Counted from the first letter of the stretch, positions 46,511 through 55,760 are shown. The stretch: 64,000 bases of DNA from an uncultured Candidatus Saccharibacteria bacterium (GCA_964550425.1 CAZJZB010000003.1:6-64005); one strand, 5' to 3'. A program made the numbers and translations. The notes: a model not told the origin generated them from the letters alone.

Positions 46511-47419
46511 TTATTGCACAAACCGCACATAGATGCCGGCAGGAACAACGCGCTCGGAAGAGGATTCCTTGATATGAAGTTCGCCGCATTCGCTGTTGGC
46601 CTCGCCAAAGGTGCCTTCCACTGCTTGTGCAAAAGAGCGCGGCGCATAGCCAGCCGCATAGCCGTTTATAAGGAAAAAAGAACCATGAGTTTTTGAGAGC
46701 AATTCATTGAGCGTGGCAAGAAGCGTATGTAAATCTTCTTCGATCTTCCATACCTCGCCTTTGGCGCCCCGGCCGAAGGCCGGCGGGTCAAGAATAATAC
46801 CGTCGTATTTTGCGCCCCGTCGTACCTCGCGTTTTACAAAAGAGAGAGCATCATCCAGCACCCAACGAATGCTATCCTCAGGGATATGCGAAAGCCGCGC
46901 GTTTTCATGCGCCCAGTCCAGGGATTGTTTGGATGCGTCCACATGCGTGACGAATGCGCCGGCGTGCGCAGCAACGACGGATGCAATACCGGTGTAGCCG
47001 AAGAGATTCAGCACCTGGATGTTCGACCTTGGAGGTCCTTCATCTGATGAACGACCTCCAAGGTCTTTCATTCGTTCGTGAAGCCACTGCCAATTGGGCG
47101 CTTGCTCCGGAAACATGCCGGTATGCTTGAACCCCGTGAGCCGTACGATGAATCGGGCGGCATTCCAGGAAAGTTCCCATGCTTCCGGCACCGACTTTTT
47201 CATATTCCAGGAACCTTTCTTCTCGCGGAAGGTGAATTCGGCATGCGCCTTTTCCCATAGTTCCGGGCGCATTTTTCCCCACAACGCTTGCGTCTCCGGC
47301 CGCGTGATAATGATGTCGCCGAAACGTTCTAATTTCATAGAGTCGCCCGAATCAAGGAGCTCGTAATCGCTCCATGGGAGGGATACAAGATGATTGTCGC
47401 AATTTAATTTTTTTGTCAT
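46511..47419 (-). CDS. class I SAM-dependent rRNA methyltransferase (RlmI/RlmK-like) carrying an in-frame palindromic-element insertion
   Basis: NLFGYTGIASVVAAHAGA (SAM motif I) … DGIILDPPAFGRG (motif IV). The insert encodes …ERMKDLGGRSSDEGPPRSNIQ… from 47034-47081. Confidence 0.7.
   Translation of the reverse strand: MTKKLNCDNHLVSLPWSDYELLDSGDSMKLERFGDIIITRPETQALWGKMRPELWEKAHAEFTFREKKGSWNMKKSVPEAWELSWNAARFIVRLTGFKHTGMFPEQAPNWQWLHERMKDLGGRSSDEGPPRSNIQVLNLFGYTGIASVVAAHAGAFVTHVDASKQSLDWAHENARLSHIPEDSIRWVLDDALSFVKREVRRGAKYDGIILDPPAFGRGAKGEVWKIEEDLHTLLATLNELLSKTHGSFFLINGYAAGYAPRSFAQAVEGTFGEANSECGELHIKESSSERVVPAGIYVRFVQ
47034..47081. repeat. 48-bp inverted-repeat element related to the REP family, in-frame within the methyltransferase gene
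   Basis: gaccttggaggtccttcat-ctg-atgaacgacctccaaggtc-tttcat; shares the gacct..aggtctttcat core with the REP copies at 2119/2649/2837. Confidence 0.75.
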
Positions 47420-48240
47420 AGCGTTTCCGGGTGCTTCCGCGACCATTCGTAGAACACGACCGCGGCGGAGACGGCGGCGTTGAGGGACTCGGTCCGTTTG
47501 TGTATGGGAATTGAGAGCGTGACATCGCAGGCGGCGAGCGTCTTCTCGCGTATGCCAGCGCCTTCGTTTCCGATGATAAACGCGACCGGTACATTAAAGG
47601 CATCCGTGCCAAGGGACGTTGTACCATCCATAGCGAGGCCGTATATCCAGAACCCTTTTTCTTTAAGTATTTTAAGCGTGTTGTTCACATTGCCTATCGT
47701 GACGAGCGGGATGCGGAATACCATGCCTGCAGAGGCCTTCACGACCGCGCCCGTGACGCCCGCCTGATTATGCTCCGGAATGAGAACGCCCGAGAGACCG
47801 AACGCGGCGGCCGAGCGGATGATGGCGCCAACATTATGCGGATCTTGGACTTCGCCGAGAACGGCGATACACAGATTTGTTTTCACATCAACATTCTTCA
47901 GAAAATCATCAAGCGATATGAGCAGTGTTGATGGGTCCATCGTAGCGATGACGCCCTGATGAGCAGCATCTCTCCCCACAAGTTCCTTGCCCGAGCCCGC
48001 CGCAAGCGCCGCGGTCGGGATCTCATGTTTTTCCAGGAGCGCGCGCAACTCTGTATCGCCTGCCTGCCGGTAGGCATGGCGCATATCGGGAGCGAGAAAG
48101 ACCTTGCGAATGACCTGCGGCGTATTGCGGAGCGCCTCCATGAGCGCATGCTTGCCGTAGATATAGACCTTGTCCCCGACCGCTCTTTTCGCCGCCGGAG
48201 CGCGCCGTCCTTTATATATAGTGCGTCGTTTTGGTCGCAT
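47416..48240 (-). CDS. rlmB: 23S rRNA 2'-O-ribose methyltransferase, SpoU/TrmH family (RlmB-like)
   Basis: Aligns with RlmB (…VYIYGKHALMEALRN… GVLIPEHN… IGNEGAGIR… SLNAAVSAAVV); its start abuts tRNA-Val. Confidence 0.75.
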   Translation of the reverse strand: MRPKRRTIYKGRRAPAAKRAVGDKVYIYGKHALMEALRNTPQVIRKVFLAPDMRHAYRQAGDTELRALLEKHEIPTAALAAGSGKELVGRDAAHQGVIATMDPSTLLISLDDFLKNVDVKTNLCIAVLGEVQDPHNVGAIIRSAAAFGLSGVLIPEHNQAGVTGAVVKASAGMVFRIPLVTIGNVNNTLKILKEKGFWIYGLAMDGTTSLGTDAFNVPVAFIIGNEGAGIREKTLAACDVTLSIPIHKRTESLNAAVSAAVVFYEWSRKHPETL

Positions 48241-48315
48241 GGTGCGCGGTAAGGGACTCGAACCCCTGACCCTCTCAACGTCAATGAGATGCTCTACCAA
48301 CTGAGCTAACCGCGC
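48240..48315 (-). tRNA. tRNA-Val (anticodon GAC), CCA encoded
   Basis: Reverse complement gives acceptor gcgcggt/accgcgc, anticodon loop ttgacgt, T-loop ttcgagt, 3' acca. Confidence 0.85.
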
Positions 48316-48391
48316 GTACGAGAATTATATACTATCAGCCAATATGCTACAATTTACTTACCGCATCATTTATGCACCAGAAAATTCGCCC

Positions 48392-48685
48392 ATGTCATTA
48401 GAAGAACACATACCATCGTCTGCCGGACAGGAAGAGGAGAAATTGCCGATGCCTAAGGTCATGGATCATGTTGTTCTTAAACAGATCGCTCACGGAGGTC
48501 AGTGGCAAATGGAAGGAGGGAAAGAGATGGGAGGTCTTCTGATGGAAGAGGTTGTCGTCGGGAAACGAATACGACTTGGCGCGATGGGCAATACGGATAT
48601 AGTTAAAGCCCTGGGAAAAGGAAAGAGAGAAGGAGAAATTGTCGTTACAACTAAAAATTCAACGTACATCCTCAAGAAATTTTAG
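48392..48685 (+). CDS. hypothetical small protein
   Basis: TGCTACAAT extended -10 at 48346-48354; in-frame ATG at 48392; moderate-GC ORF of 98 aa with no motif. Confidence 0.35.
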   Translation: MSLEEHIPSSAGQEEEKLPMPKVMDHVVLKQIAHGGQWQMEGGKEMGGLLMEEVVVGKRIRLGAMGNTDIVKALGKGKREGEIVVTTKNSTYILKKF

Positions 48686-48747
48686 AGGAAGGGAAGCAAC
48701 TAAGTTTGTGACCCTATCGGGACCGCTTTTTGCTGCGCCAAAATCTG

Positions 48748-48819
48748 TGACCCTACCGGGAGTCGGACCCGGGTTTAGAGCTTGAAAAGCTCTCGTCCTA
48801 ACCGTTAGACGATAGGGCC
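48748..48819 (-). tRNA. tRNA-Glu (anticodon TTC)
   Basis: Reverse complement gives acceptor ggcccta/tagggtc (one G-U), D-stem gtct/ggac, anticodon loop ttttcaa, T-loop tccgact. Confidence 0.75.
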
Positions 48820-48924
48820 GTCTCAAAACCTTATCATTTCCGCCCCGAAATGCTAGGATGGCGAACACAGGCTAAAGCGAAGTTATAACTTCGCTCGCCC
48901 GAGCGTCGCTTCGCGACGCTATAG

Positions 48925-49014
48925 GGAGAGGTGGCTGAGTGGTCGAAAGCACATGTTTCGAAAACATGCAGGCCTGTAAGGGTCTCGGGAGTTCGAATCT
49001 CCCCCTCTCCGCCA
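48925..49014 (+). tRNA. tRNA-Ser (anticodon CGA), type II with long variable arm, CCA encoded
   Basis: Acceptor ggagagg/cctctcc, 3-bp D-stem, anticodon loop ttcgaaa, variable arm caggcctgtaagggtctc, T-loop ttcgaat. Confidence 0.85.
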
Positions 49015-49073
49015 GTAGTTTTAGGGCTTAAACAAAGGAGTTCTAAGACATACTTGTATAAACTTTGAACTTT

Positions 49074-49691
49074 ATGAAAGGTATAGAAAATTATTCACCA
49101 GAATGGCCAAAGAAATACGAACTTGAAGCTGAAAAGATCAGGGCTATTTTAGGCGGTGAGGTAAAAGACATTCAGCATATCGGCAGCACTTCTATTCCCG
49201 GTGTGATTAGCAAACCTCTTATTGATATCGGTGTTCTTGTCGATTCAATAGATGATATTGATCCGTTCGTAAAAAAGCTTGAGTCACTAGGATATTCATA
49301 TAAGCCAGACATGTCTTCTGCAGAACGTATTTTCCTTCGAAAAGGTGATCCTGTTGAATACCACTTATCTATCGCATGTCCGAAGCATACGTTTTGGAAT
49401 CGCCAAATGAGCTTCAGAGATTATTTAAGAAAGCATCCAGAGCTCATCGAAGAATACAATCAACTGAAATCAAACAATATTGAAACGACTTCAGATGAAG
49501 ATTTTTCTGATCTTTCAAGAAGCAAAGTCTATAACCAGGGAAAGGGTGAATTTGTTGAGAAGGTTTTGAAACTAGCAGAAATCCAGCACGCCACCTTGAT
49601 AGCATCCGCCGGTGCATCTACTCGTCTTGCAGGTTCAGAGCTTTCTGATGAAGACGTTGATCAGATCAGTAAATCTTCTGAGCAAAAGTAG
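49074..49691 (+). CDS. GrpB-family (UPF0157) nucleotidyltransferase-fold protein
   Basis: …IQHIGSTSIPGVISKPLIDIGVLV… and the HxS/HK pattern typical of GrpB; strongly AT-rich. Confidence 0.7.
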   Translation: MKGIENYSPEWPKKYELEAEKIRAILGGEVKDIQHIGSTSIPGVISKPLIDIGVLVDSIDDIDPFVKKLESLGYSYKPDMSSAERIFLRKGDPVEYHLSIACPKHTFWNRQMSFRDYLRKHPELIEEYNQLKSNNIETTSDEDFSDLSRSKVYNQGKGEFVEKVLKLAEIQHATLIASAGASTRLAGSELSDEDVDQISKSSEQK

Positions 49692-49810
49692 GAACATCAA
49701 AAAGGTCAGACTTTTCTTGGTAAATCCGCCTTAATTTTCGTATAATTCTATCAATATTGCCGTAATTAAGTCGTCCTCTCTGTTCAAAGTTCCGGCAATC
49801 GTCCCCGCCC

Positions 49811-51298
49811 CTATAATTGGATTTTCCGATAGTGAGAAGATGTCGTGCATGATGCGCAGGCAGTACCGACCAAGGCCGCTCCTTGCTGAGCCGACTGCCT
49901 GAGCCAGTCGGCCAGTTTTAGCGTGTCGCTTGTGTAATCGCTTGATTTGAGGACGATAACCGCGATACGCCTCGCGACACCATTGATTGGAACCAAAAAG
50001 AGGGAGACCATTGTATCTTCCGCTCCGCCCATACTGCCGATCTTTCCCCCAATGAAATTCGCAGAATCAAAAAATACATTCGCATTGTTCACTTGATACA
50101 CATTCCCGCTATCGGCGACCAACTTCTTGAACGGCGTGCGAGTAATATCAAAGATGAATGATTTATTGTTCGCAATATAGGTTGCGAGGCGATAGAGGTC
50201 GTCGGGAGTGGATACGTTCCCGGTAGACACGCCGCTCGCGTCGGTGAAATGCGTTGACTGCATATCAAGCGACTGTGCGGTCGCATTCATCCAATTGATA
50301 AAACTTGTCGTACCGTAATATTGCGCCAATCGGTCTGCCACCGCATTGTTTGACTCCATCAAGAGCGGGTACAGGAGATCGCTGACAGGGAATAGTTCTT
50401 TGGCTGTTGTCGCAGTGGACGTGGCGCGCGTTCCAAACAATTCATTGCGCGAAACCGCGACTTTTTTGTAGGACATGATGGTCTCATTCGCGACGAGCGC
50501 CGTCATCAGTTTCGTCACCGAGGCAATCGGCAGAGGATTCTTCGCATTCTGTTCCAAAAATACGTCTCCCGTGTCAATATCGGCGACAAGGTATGAGCCG
50601 GCCGAAACAGTGGGGGCGGGAATAGTATCCAGGACAAGCGACGACAGCAATGTCGTGTGGATAGAATCATAGACGAAAATACTGGTTCCCTTGTCGGAGA
50701 AGTTATACACTTTTTTTGCATCATCGGTGTCGAGCCGAATACAGCTGCCAGAATAATCGGGGTCCACGAGCGAACCGTCCACAAAGTACGGCCATCCATG
50801 AATGAAATAGTTGCCGTAGAATTGCATGCTCCACGGCAGATGCACCTGCTCGCCCCTGTTGAAATGATCCTGCTCTTTTGAGAGAACGGTATAAAAGCCG
50901 CTCGGTGTTTCGCTTGGAGACCCCGGAGTTCCTTTTGCAAGAATGGGGTATTCGGCGACAAGCATGCCGTCCTGGTAGAGCATGAGCCGCATGTGTACCA
51001 GATTGGCGGCAATAAATTTGCCTGTTTGCGGCACCGCGTCCGCAATGGCGAGCATGTTAACGATACGCTCTGACGTCGTCGTTGAGAAAGTTATAACCGT
51101 GTCATCTGTGAAGGTGGGGGGTGTTTCTATTGCCACTACCGCGGCCAGAGAGGATGTAGCGACGACAAGAGGTGTGGAGCGCGATTGAGACGCATAATTC
51201 AAAGTGAAATGACCTGCCATACCGATGGCCACGCTCACTAACACTATATTTCCCAAAAATCTAAATCCCTCCCAGTCAAAAAAGTGGTCCGAACTCAT
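49811..51298 (-). CDS. bifunctional peptidoglycan enzyme: N-terminal L,D-transpeptidase (YkuD) fused to C-terminal D,D-carboxypeptidase (S11/PBP5-like)
   Basis: HGWP…SGSCIRLD (Ldt His/Cys motif); then ASVTKLMTA (SxxK), MESNNAVA (SxN), GGKIGSMGG (KTG-like). N-terminal TM anchor. Confidence 0.7.
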   Translation of the reverse strand: MSSDHFFDWEGFRFLGNIVLVSVAIGMAGHFTLNYASQSRSTPLVVATSSLAAVVAIETPPTFTDDTVITFSTTTSERIVNMLAIADAVPQTGKFIAANLVHMRLMLYQDGMLVAEYPILAKGTPGSPSETPSGFYTVLSKEQDHFNRGEQVHLPWSMQFYGNYFIHGWPYFVDGSLVDPDYSGSCIRLDTDDAKKVYNFSDKGTSIFVYDSIHTTLLSSLVLDTIPAPTVSAGSYLVADIDTGDVFLEQNAKNPLPIASVTKLMTALVANETIMSYKKVAVSRNELFGTRATSTATTAKELFPVSDLLYPLLMESNNAVADRLAQYYGTTSFINWMNATAQSLDMQSTHFTDASGVSTGNVSTPDDLYRLATYIANNKSFIFDITRTPFKKLVADSGNVYQVNNANVFFDSANFIGGKIGSMGGAEDTMVSLFLVPINGVARRIAVIVLKSSDYTSDTLKLADWLRQSAQQGAALVGTACASCTTSSHYRKIQL

Positions 51299-51373
51299 GT
51301 GTTTCCCATTATACTACCTAGTAGATTAGCGGAAACGACATCAATTTATTTCGCGCGCACCCCGTGTAGGAAA

Positions 51374-52300
51374 TTAGTGCATCTTGACCCAGAGATAGAT
51401 GTCTTCAAGCGCCTTCACGCCGTCTCCTGCGGCGATATTGTTTTGATGGTACAACTCATCGGTACAATCGCCAGCGGCCCACACGCCCAGAACGCTCGTG
51501 CGCTGATTGCGCGGATCAACTTTAACGCGTTTTACCGCATCAAGCTCAACCAACTCTCCTATAAACTGCGTATTCGGAATGACGCCCGCTTCGACAAAGA
51601 TGCCGGAGACGGAAAGTTCCTTCATCTCGCCCGAATCCTTATTTTTGTATTTGAAACCGGTGACGAATTGTCCACCCATGACTTCAGTTGGTTCGGCATG
51701 TCTGATGACGCGCATATTCGGATGCGCGCAGGCCTTCTCCACGGTAACCGGATCACCCTTGAATTCCTTATGCCGGTGGATGAGCGTGACGGACTTCGCA
51801 TACGCGAGAAGTTGTAAAGCCGTCTCGAAGCCCGCATTGCCGCCCCCTATGACCGCGACATCCATACCGGCAAACAAAGGACCGTCACAGGAAGCGCAGT
51901 AGGTGACTCCTTTATTCTCAAATTTTTCCGCGCCGGGGACATCAAGTTTCCGGCGTCCGGCTCCCGAAGCGATAAGTATCGCTTTCGCGCCAAACTCCTT
52001 TCCCGTTTTCGTCGTCGCAAGAAATGCTCCTTCCCCGGTCTTCATAATTGATACGATACGTTCACCGATGGCGAGCGTTACAGAATCGCTTTTCACAACG
52101 TCGATATGCGCTTTAAACGATTTCGCGAGATCAGACCCGCTTATTTTCGGCGAGCCAATCCAATTCTCAATGCAATCAGAGACAACCGATTGCCCGCCGA
52201 TTTCTTCTGTGATGAAAATAGTTTTCAAACGCTTGCGGGCTGCATAGACGGCCGCAGCAACGCCTGCGGGTCCGCCGCCGATGATTATCAAATCAAACAT
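51374..52300 (-). CDS. trxB: thioredoxin-disulfide reductase
   Basis: IIGGGPAG FAD motif, redox-active CASCD, and an NAD(P)H GGGNAG motif. Confidence 0.85.
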   Translation of the reverse strand: MFDLIIIGGGPAGVAAAVYAARKRLKTIFITEEIGGQSVVSDCIENWIGSPKISGSDLAKSFKAHIDVVKSDSVTLAIGERIVSIMKTGEGAFLATTKTGKEFGAKAILIASGAGRRKLDVPGAEKFENKGVTYCASCDGPLFAGMDVAVIGGGNAGFETALQLLAYAKSVTLIHRHKEFKGDPVTVEKACAHPNMRVIRHAEPTEVMGGQFVTGFKYKNKDSGEMKELSVSGIFVEAGVIPNTQFIGELVELDAVKRVKVDPRNQRTSVLGVWAAGDCTDELYHQNNIAAGDGVKALEDIYLWVKMH

Positions 52301-52348
52301 TCTTGTATTCTACTACAATTCGCCCACTTATTCCCCACAACTCGCTTT

Positions 52349-53611
52349 CTACTTTTTGTGTCGGCGCAAAAATGCCGGAATCGCGCCCCACGCCTCATCA
52401 TCTTCCGGGGCTAGCGGCACCTCCTCGCGTTTACGCGGTGTCGCCGTCACGACCGGTTCTTCTTTTCCTCCGGAGACGATTATGCTTTCAACGGGTGCGA
52501 CTTTTTCAGCTTTGCCATCCGCTTTGCCATCCGGCGCATCTCCGCGCTTCACAATTTCATGATACATACGACCCCGTTCCTCCTCGCGCCGTTCGGCGGG
52601 TATTATTGAGAAGAGAGAACGTTCGAGCCCGGTTGTTAAAGCGTGCGCCGCGCTCTCGGGGAAGCCGGTCGCGATAACGATGATGCGGACATGACCCTTT
52701 TTGAGCTTCTCGTCTTTCATCACGCCCCAAATAATCTTCGCGCTCTTATCCACCGATTCGCTGATAATTTTCGAGGCCTCATGCACCTCCATGATGCCGA
52801 GATCGTCAGAATGGGCGATAACCCAAAGAACGCCTTTGGCACCCGAAATCGAGATATCTAGAAGCGGAGAACTGACGGCGCGCTGGGCCGCCTCGGCTGC
52901 GCGCTTGTCGCCCTCGGAAATGCCGATGCCCATCAGCGCGGGGCCGGCGCCCTCCATAATTGCTTTGATATCATTGAAGTCGGTATTGATGTCTCCTGGC
53001 GTGCGGATGATATCGGAGACGCCCTCAACCGCCTCGCGCAGGACTTCATCGCAGAGCGCAAACGCCTGCTTAAGCGAGAGCTTTTGTTCGGCAATGCCGA
53101 GCAGTTTATCATTGGGGATGACGATAAACGCATCAACCTCTTTCTTAAGCTCGGCCAACCCTCGATCGGCGAGATCCCTGCGCTGCGCCCCTTCAAACGA
53201 AAATGGCTTAGTAACGATTGCGATGGTGAGTGCGCCAATCTCCTTCGCTATCTTCGCGACGACCGAAGAAGCGCCGGTACCGGTGCCGCCGCCCATCCCG
53301 CAGGTGATGAAGACCATGTCAGAACCCTGAAGCGCTTCTTGAATGTGTTGGCGTGTCTCCTCGGCCGCGCGCTTCCCAAGGTCCGGATTCATGCCGGTGC
53401 CGAGACCGCGCGTGAGATTCTTGCCGATATGAATTTTGCGCTTGGCGAGCGAGCGGTGGAGGTCCTGCGCATCGGTATTAACGGAGACGAACTCGACGCC
53501 GCGCACCTTCGAGTTAATCATGTGGTTGACGGCATTATTGCCCGAACCACCGACACCAATGACACGGATGCGGGCGAACGTTTCAATTTCCGGTTCGATG
53601 CGTTTTGACAT
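52349..53611 (-). CDS. ftsZ: cell division protein FtsZ
   Basis: GGGTGTG tubulin signature; the N-terminal IGVGGSGNNAVN. Confidence 0.9.
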   Translation of the reverse strand: MSKRIEPEIETFARIRVIGVGGSGNNAVNHMINSKVRGVEFVSVNTDAQDLHRSLAKRKIHIGKNLTRGLGTGMNPDLGKRAAEETRQHIQEALQGSDMVFITCGMGGGTGTGASSVVAKIAKEIGALTIAIVTKPFSFEGAQRRDLADRGLAELKKEVDAFIVIPNDKLLGIAEQKLSLKQAFALCDEVLREAVEGVSDIIRTPGDINTDFNDIKAIMEGAGPALMGIGISEGDKRAAEAAQRAVSSPLLDISISGAKGVLWVIAHSDDLGIMEVHEASKIISESVDKSAKIIWGVMKDEKLKKGHVRIIVIATGFPESAAHALTTGLERSLFSIIPAERREEERGRMYHEIVKRGDAPDGKADGKAEKVAPVESIIVSGGKEEPVVTATPRKREEVPLAPEDDEAWGAIPAFLRRHKK

Positions 53612-53688
53612 AATTGGATGTTACCTCGACATAATAGCAGAATCGGGCAGTATGCAAATATTGACAATCTATAAATACGACCCGCTGT

Positions 53689-54849
53689 TCATGGCAAGAA
53701 TTGCTGCAGAAACTTTCCAAAAGTGGTACGGAAACTTTTTTTCGGCGCATTGGTGTCGCCGGTAAGCCCCCAAAGCGCGAGACCGTAGGCGACCGCCCAT
53801 GTCGCATCGCGAATTTTCGTATCGGCAGAGATGCGGAACTCCGCAAGACGCGCAGGGAGCTTGAGGGAGCCGCGCGCAATATCGTTGATGGAGCCGATAC
53901 CCGCGCCGCCGCCCGAGATGATAATACCGGCAGGCAAGGGGCCGCGGCGGCCGAGCGACCTCAGATGTTTATCAATGAGAGAGAACATTGTTTCGAGACG
54001 GCTGGCAATAAGGTCGTCAATCTTTTTACGCGAATACATTTGCCCCGAGAGTCGCCCGATCTTCACGCGCTCGGCTTCTTCAAGCGAAATGCGAAACCCA
54101 AGCGCAATATCGTCCGTGATATGGCTCGAACCCATCGGGAATACTTTTACCGAAATAGGAATGTTTTCATCGTAGACGACGATTGAGATCGTCTCCGCGC
54201 CGATATTCGCAAGAACGCACCCTTTCATTTTCTGGTCGCCCTCAAGGAGCACATAGGAACCCGCAAGCGGAGAGGCCATCTGATCAATGATTTCAATGTC
54301 CGCATCCTCGACTGCTTTAGAGAGCGCATCCTCATGTTGGGCAAGGCAGGTAATGAAAAGATAATCCACTTCGAGACGGACGCCCTTCATACCGAGCGAA
54401 TCGCCAAGCACCTTTGCGCCGTCAATGCGGTACTCGAGCGGAATGCTGTGGAGGACGTGCCGATTGAGGAATCCTGGTGCCGCCGCTTCGCGCGCCGCTT
54501 TTTCCGCCTTCTCAAGGTCAAGGGTCGTTATTTCCTGATCGGCGCGCGAGATGATGGCGGAGCCGGTCGCACGCGCTTCATCAAGCGAGATACCGCCGAC
54601 AGCGAGGAAACCGGCGCGTATAGGTACGCGCGCCGCGGATTCCGCCTCCCGTTTCGCTTTAATGATACTTGCGGAGACCTCTTCTTTATTGACGATATAG
54701 CCGTGCCGCAAACCTTTTGATTCGGCAAGGCCGGTGCCCAGAACGCGCAGCTGCCGCACGCCGGCGCGTTTATCCGTGGTCTCCTCGACGACGACCACCT
54801 TTACTTGGTACGTGCCGATGTCGATGCCGGTGGCTATGCGTCGTGACAT
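53689..54849 (-). CDS. ftsA: cell division protein FtsA
   Basis: Actin/Hsp70-fold; IATGIDIGTYQVKVVV N-terminus; directly upstream of ftsZ. Start trimmed to MSRRIATG. Confidence 0.85.
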   Translation of the reverse strand: MSRRIATGIDIGTYQVKVVVVEETTDKRAGVRQLRVLGTGLAESKGLRHGYIVNKEEVSASIIKAKREAESAARVPIRAGFLAVGGISLDEARATGSAIISRADQEITTLDLEKAEKAAREAAAPGFLNRHVLHSIPLEYRIDGAKVLGDSLGMKGVRLEVDYLFITCLAQHEDALSKAVEDADIEIIDQMASPLAGSYVLLEGDQKMKGCVLANIGAETISIVVYDENIPISVKVFPMGSSHITDDIALGFRISLEEAERVKIGRLSGQMYSRKKIDDLIASRLETMFSLIDKHLRSLGRRGPLPAGIIISGGGAGIGSINDIARGSLKLPARLAEFRISADTKIRDATWAVAYGLALWGLTGDTNAPKKSFRTTFGKFLQQFLP

Positions 54850-55267
54850 ATGGTGAGGCGCGCATACCGCCCGCAGCAAATCGCGCTACAATTTTTCGTT
54901 CGCATCTCTCCATGGTACTGCCATGAGCCCATCCTTTCAAATGCAACAATGCGTGGATAAACAGATACAGGACGAACCCGCGCGCACTCATGCCGTATGC
55001 AAAGGCCTGTTTTTCGGCTTCGCTAAGACAAATAATAATTTCACCGTTGCGCTCGCTAAGAGCATAGGAAAGGACGTTTGGCACGTAAGTCGCGCCGCGC
55101 AGTTGTTTATTCAGCGCCCGCGCTTTCAGCGGACTGACGAAGACGAGGGAGATGTCCCAGCCGGGAAGCGTTTTTTCCGCGATCGCCGTGTAGGCAAAAC
55201 GCGGTACCCGCGCGCGCCGCGTTAGGTTTTTAATAGCTATACCAGCGTCTCGCCGGTCGCCCGACAT
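54770..55267 (-). CDS. ybeY: rRNA maturation endoribonuclease YbeY
   Basis: HALLHLKGWAH zinc-binding H3 motif. The 3' end overlaps ftsA; the tail past the motif may be non-functional read-through. Confidence 0.7.
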   Translation of the reverse strand: MSGDRRDAGIAIKNLTRRARVPRFAYTAIAEKTLPGWDISLVFVSPLKARALNKQLRGATYVPNVLSYALSERNGEIIICLSEAEKQAFAYGMSARGFVLYLFIHALLHLKGWAHGSTMERCERKIVARFAAGGMRASPYVTTHSHRHRHRHVPSKGGRRRGDHG

Positions 55268-55271
55268 CGGT

Positions 55272-55544
55272 TTATCGCTTGCCGCTCTTGCCACGCGCAT
55301 TCTTTTTTGCAGCAGGGTCTATCTTGCCGAGCTTCACGAGCTCATTGTACTTCTCGCGCCTGACTTTAGAAATAAGGGCGCGCTTGAGACCGACATTCTT
55401 TGATTTGGTGCGCTGCCAGTAGCGACGATTGCGTACCTCGCGTACGAGACCAAGCCCCTGCGCGCGGCGGGTAAAACGGCGTATGAGCGCAGTTGAACTT
55501 TCATTTTTTCCGCGCCTCACCTCAACTCGTGTATCAGCAGTCAT
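55272..55544 (-). CDS. rpsU: 30S ribosomal protein S21
   Basis: VEVRRGKNESSTALIRRFTRRAQGLGLVREVRNRRYW… aligns with S21; basic C-terminal extension. Confidence 0.75.
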   Translation of the reverse strand: MTADTRVEVRRGKNESSTALIRRFTRRAQGLGLVREVRNRRYWQRTKSKNVGLKRALISKVRREKYNELVKLGKIDPAAKKNARGKSGKR

Positions 55545-55675
55545 GTGAAAGAGAATCTAACATACCATGGCCGCACCTGTCCATGGTGGCGTGTACGATG
55601 GCGACTGCACATGTTTTTAATTCGACCATTCATCCCCGAAGCAGAGCTTCCGGGCATTCTGAGTGAAGCCAGTAA

Positions 55676-55730
55676 ACAACCTATCAAATGTTTGTAACGG
55701 TCGTTATAAACATTTGATAGGTTGATGCAA
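55676..55730. repeat. perfect 16-bp palindrome with a nested inner stem (AT-rich) between the HisRS-like gene and rpsU
   Basis: aacctatcaaatgttt-gtaacggtcgttat-aaacatttgataggtt. Confidence 0.7.
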
Positions 55731-55760
55731 CCATCGTCATGGTTTTTATATTCTCAGCAC

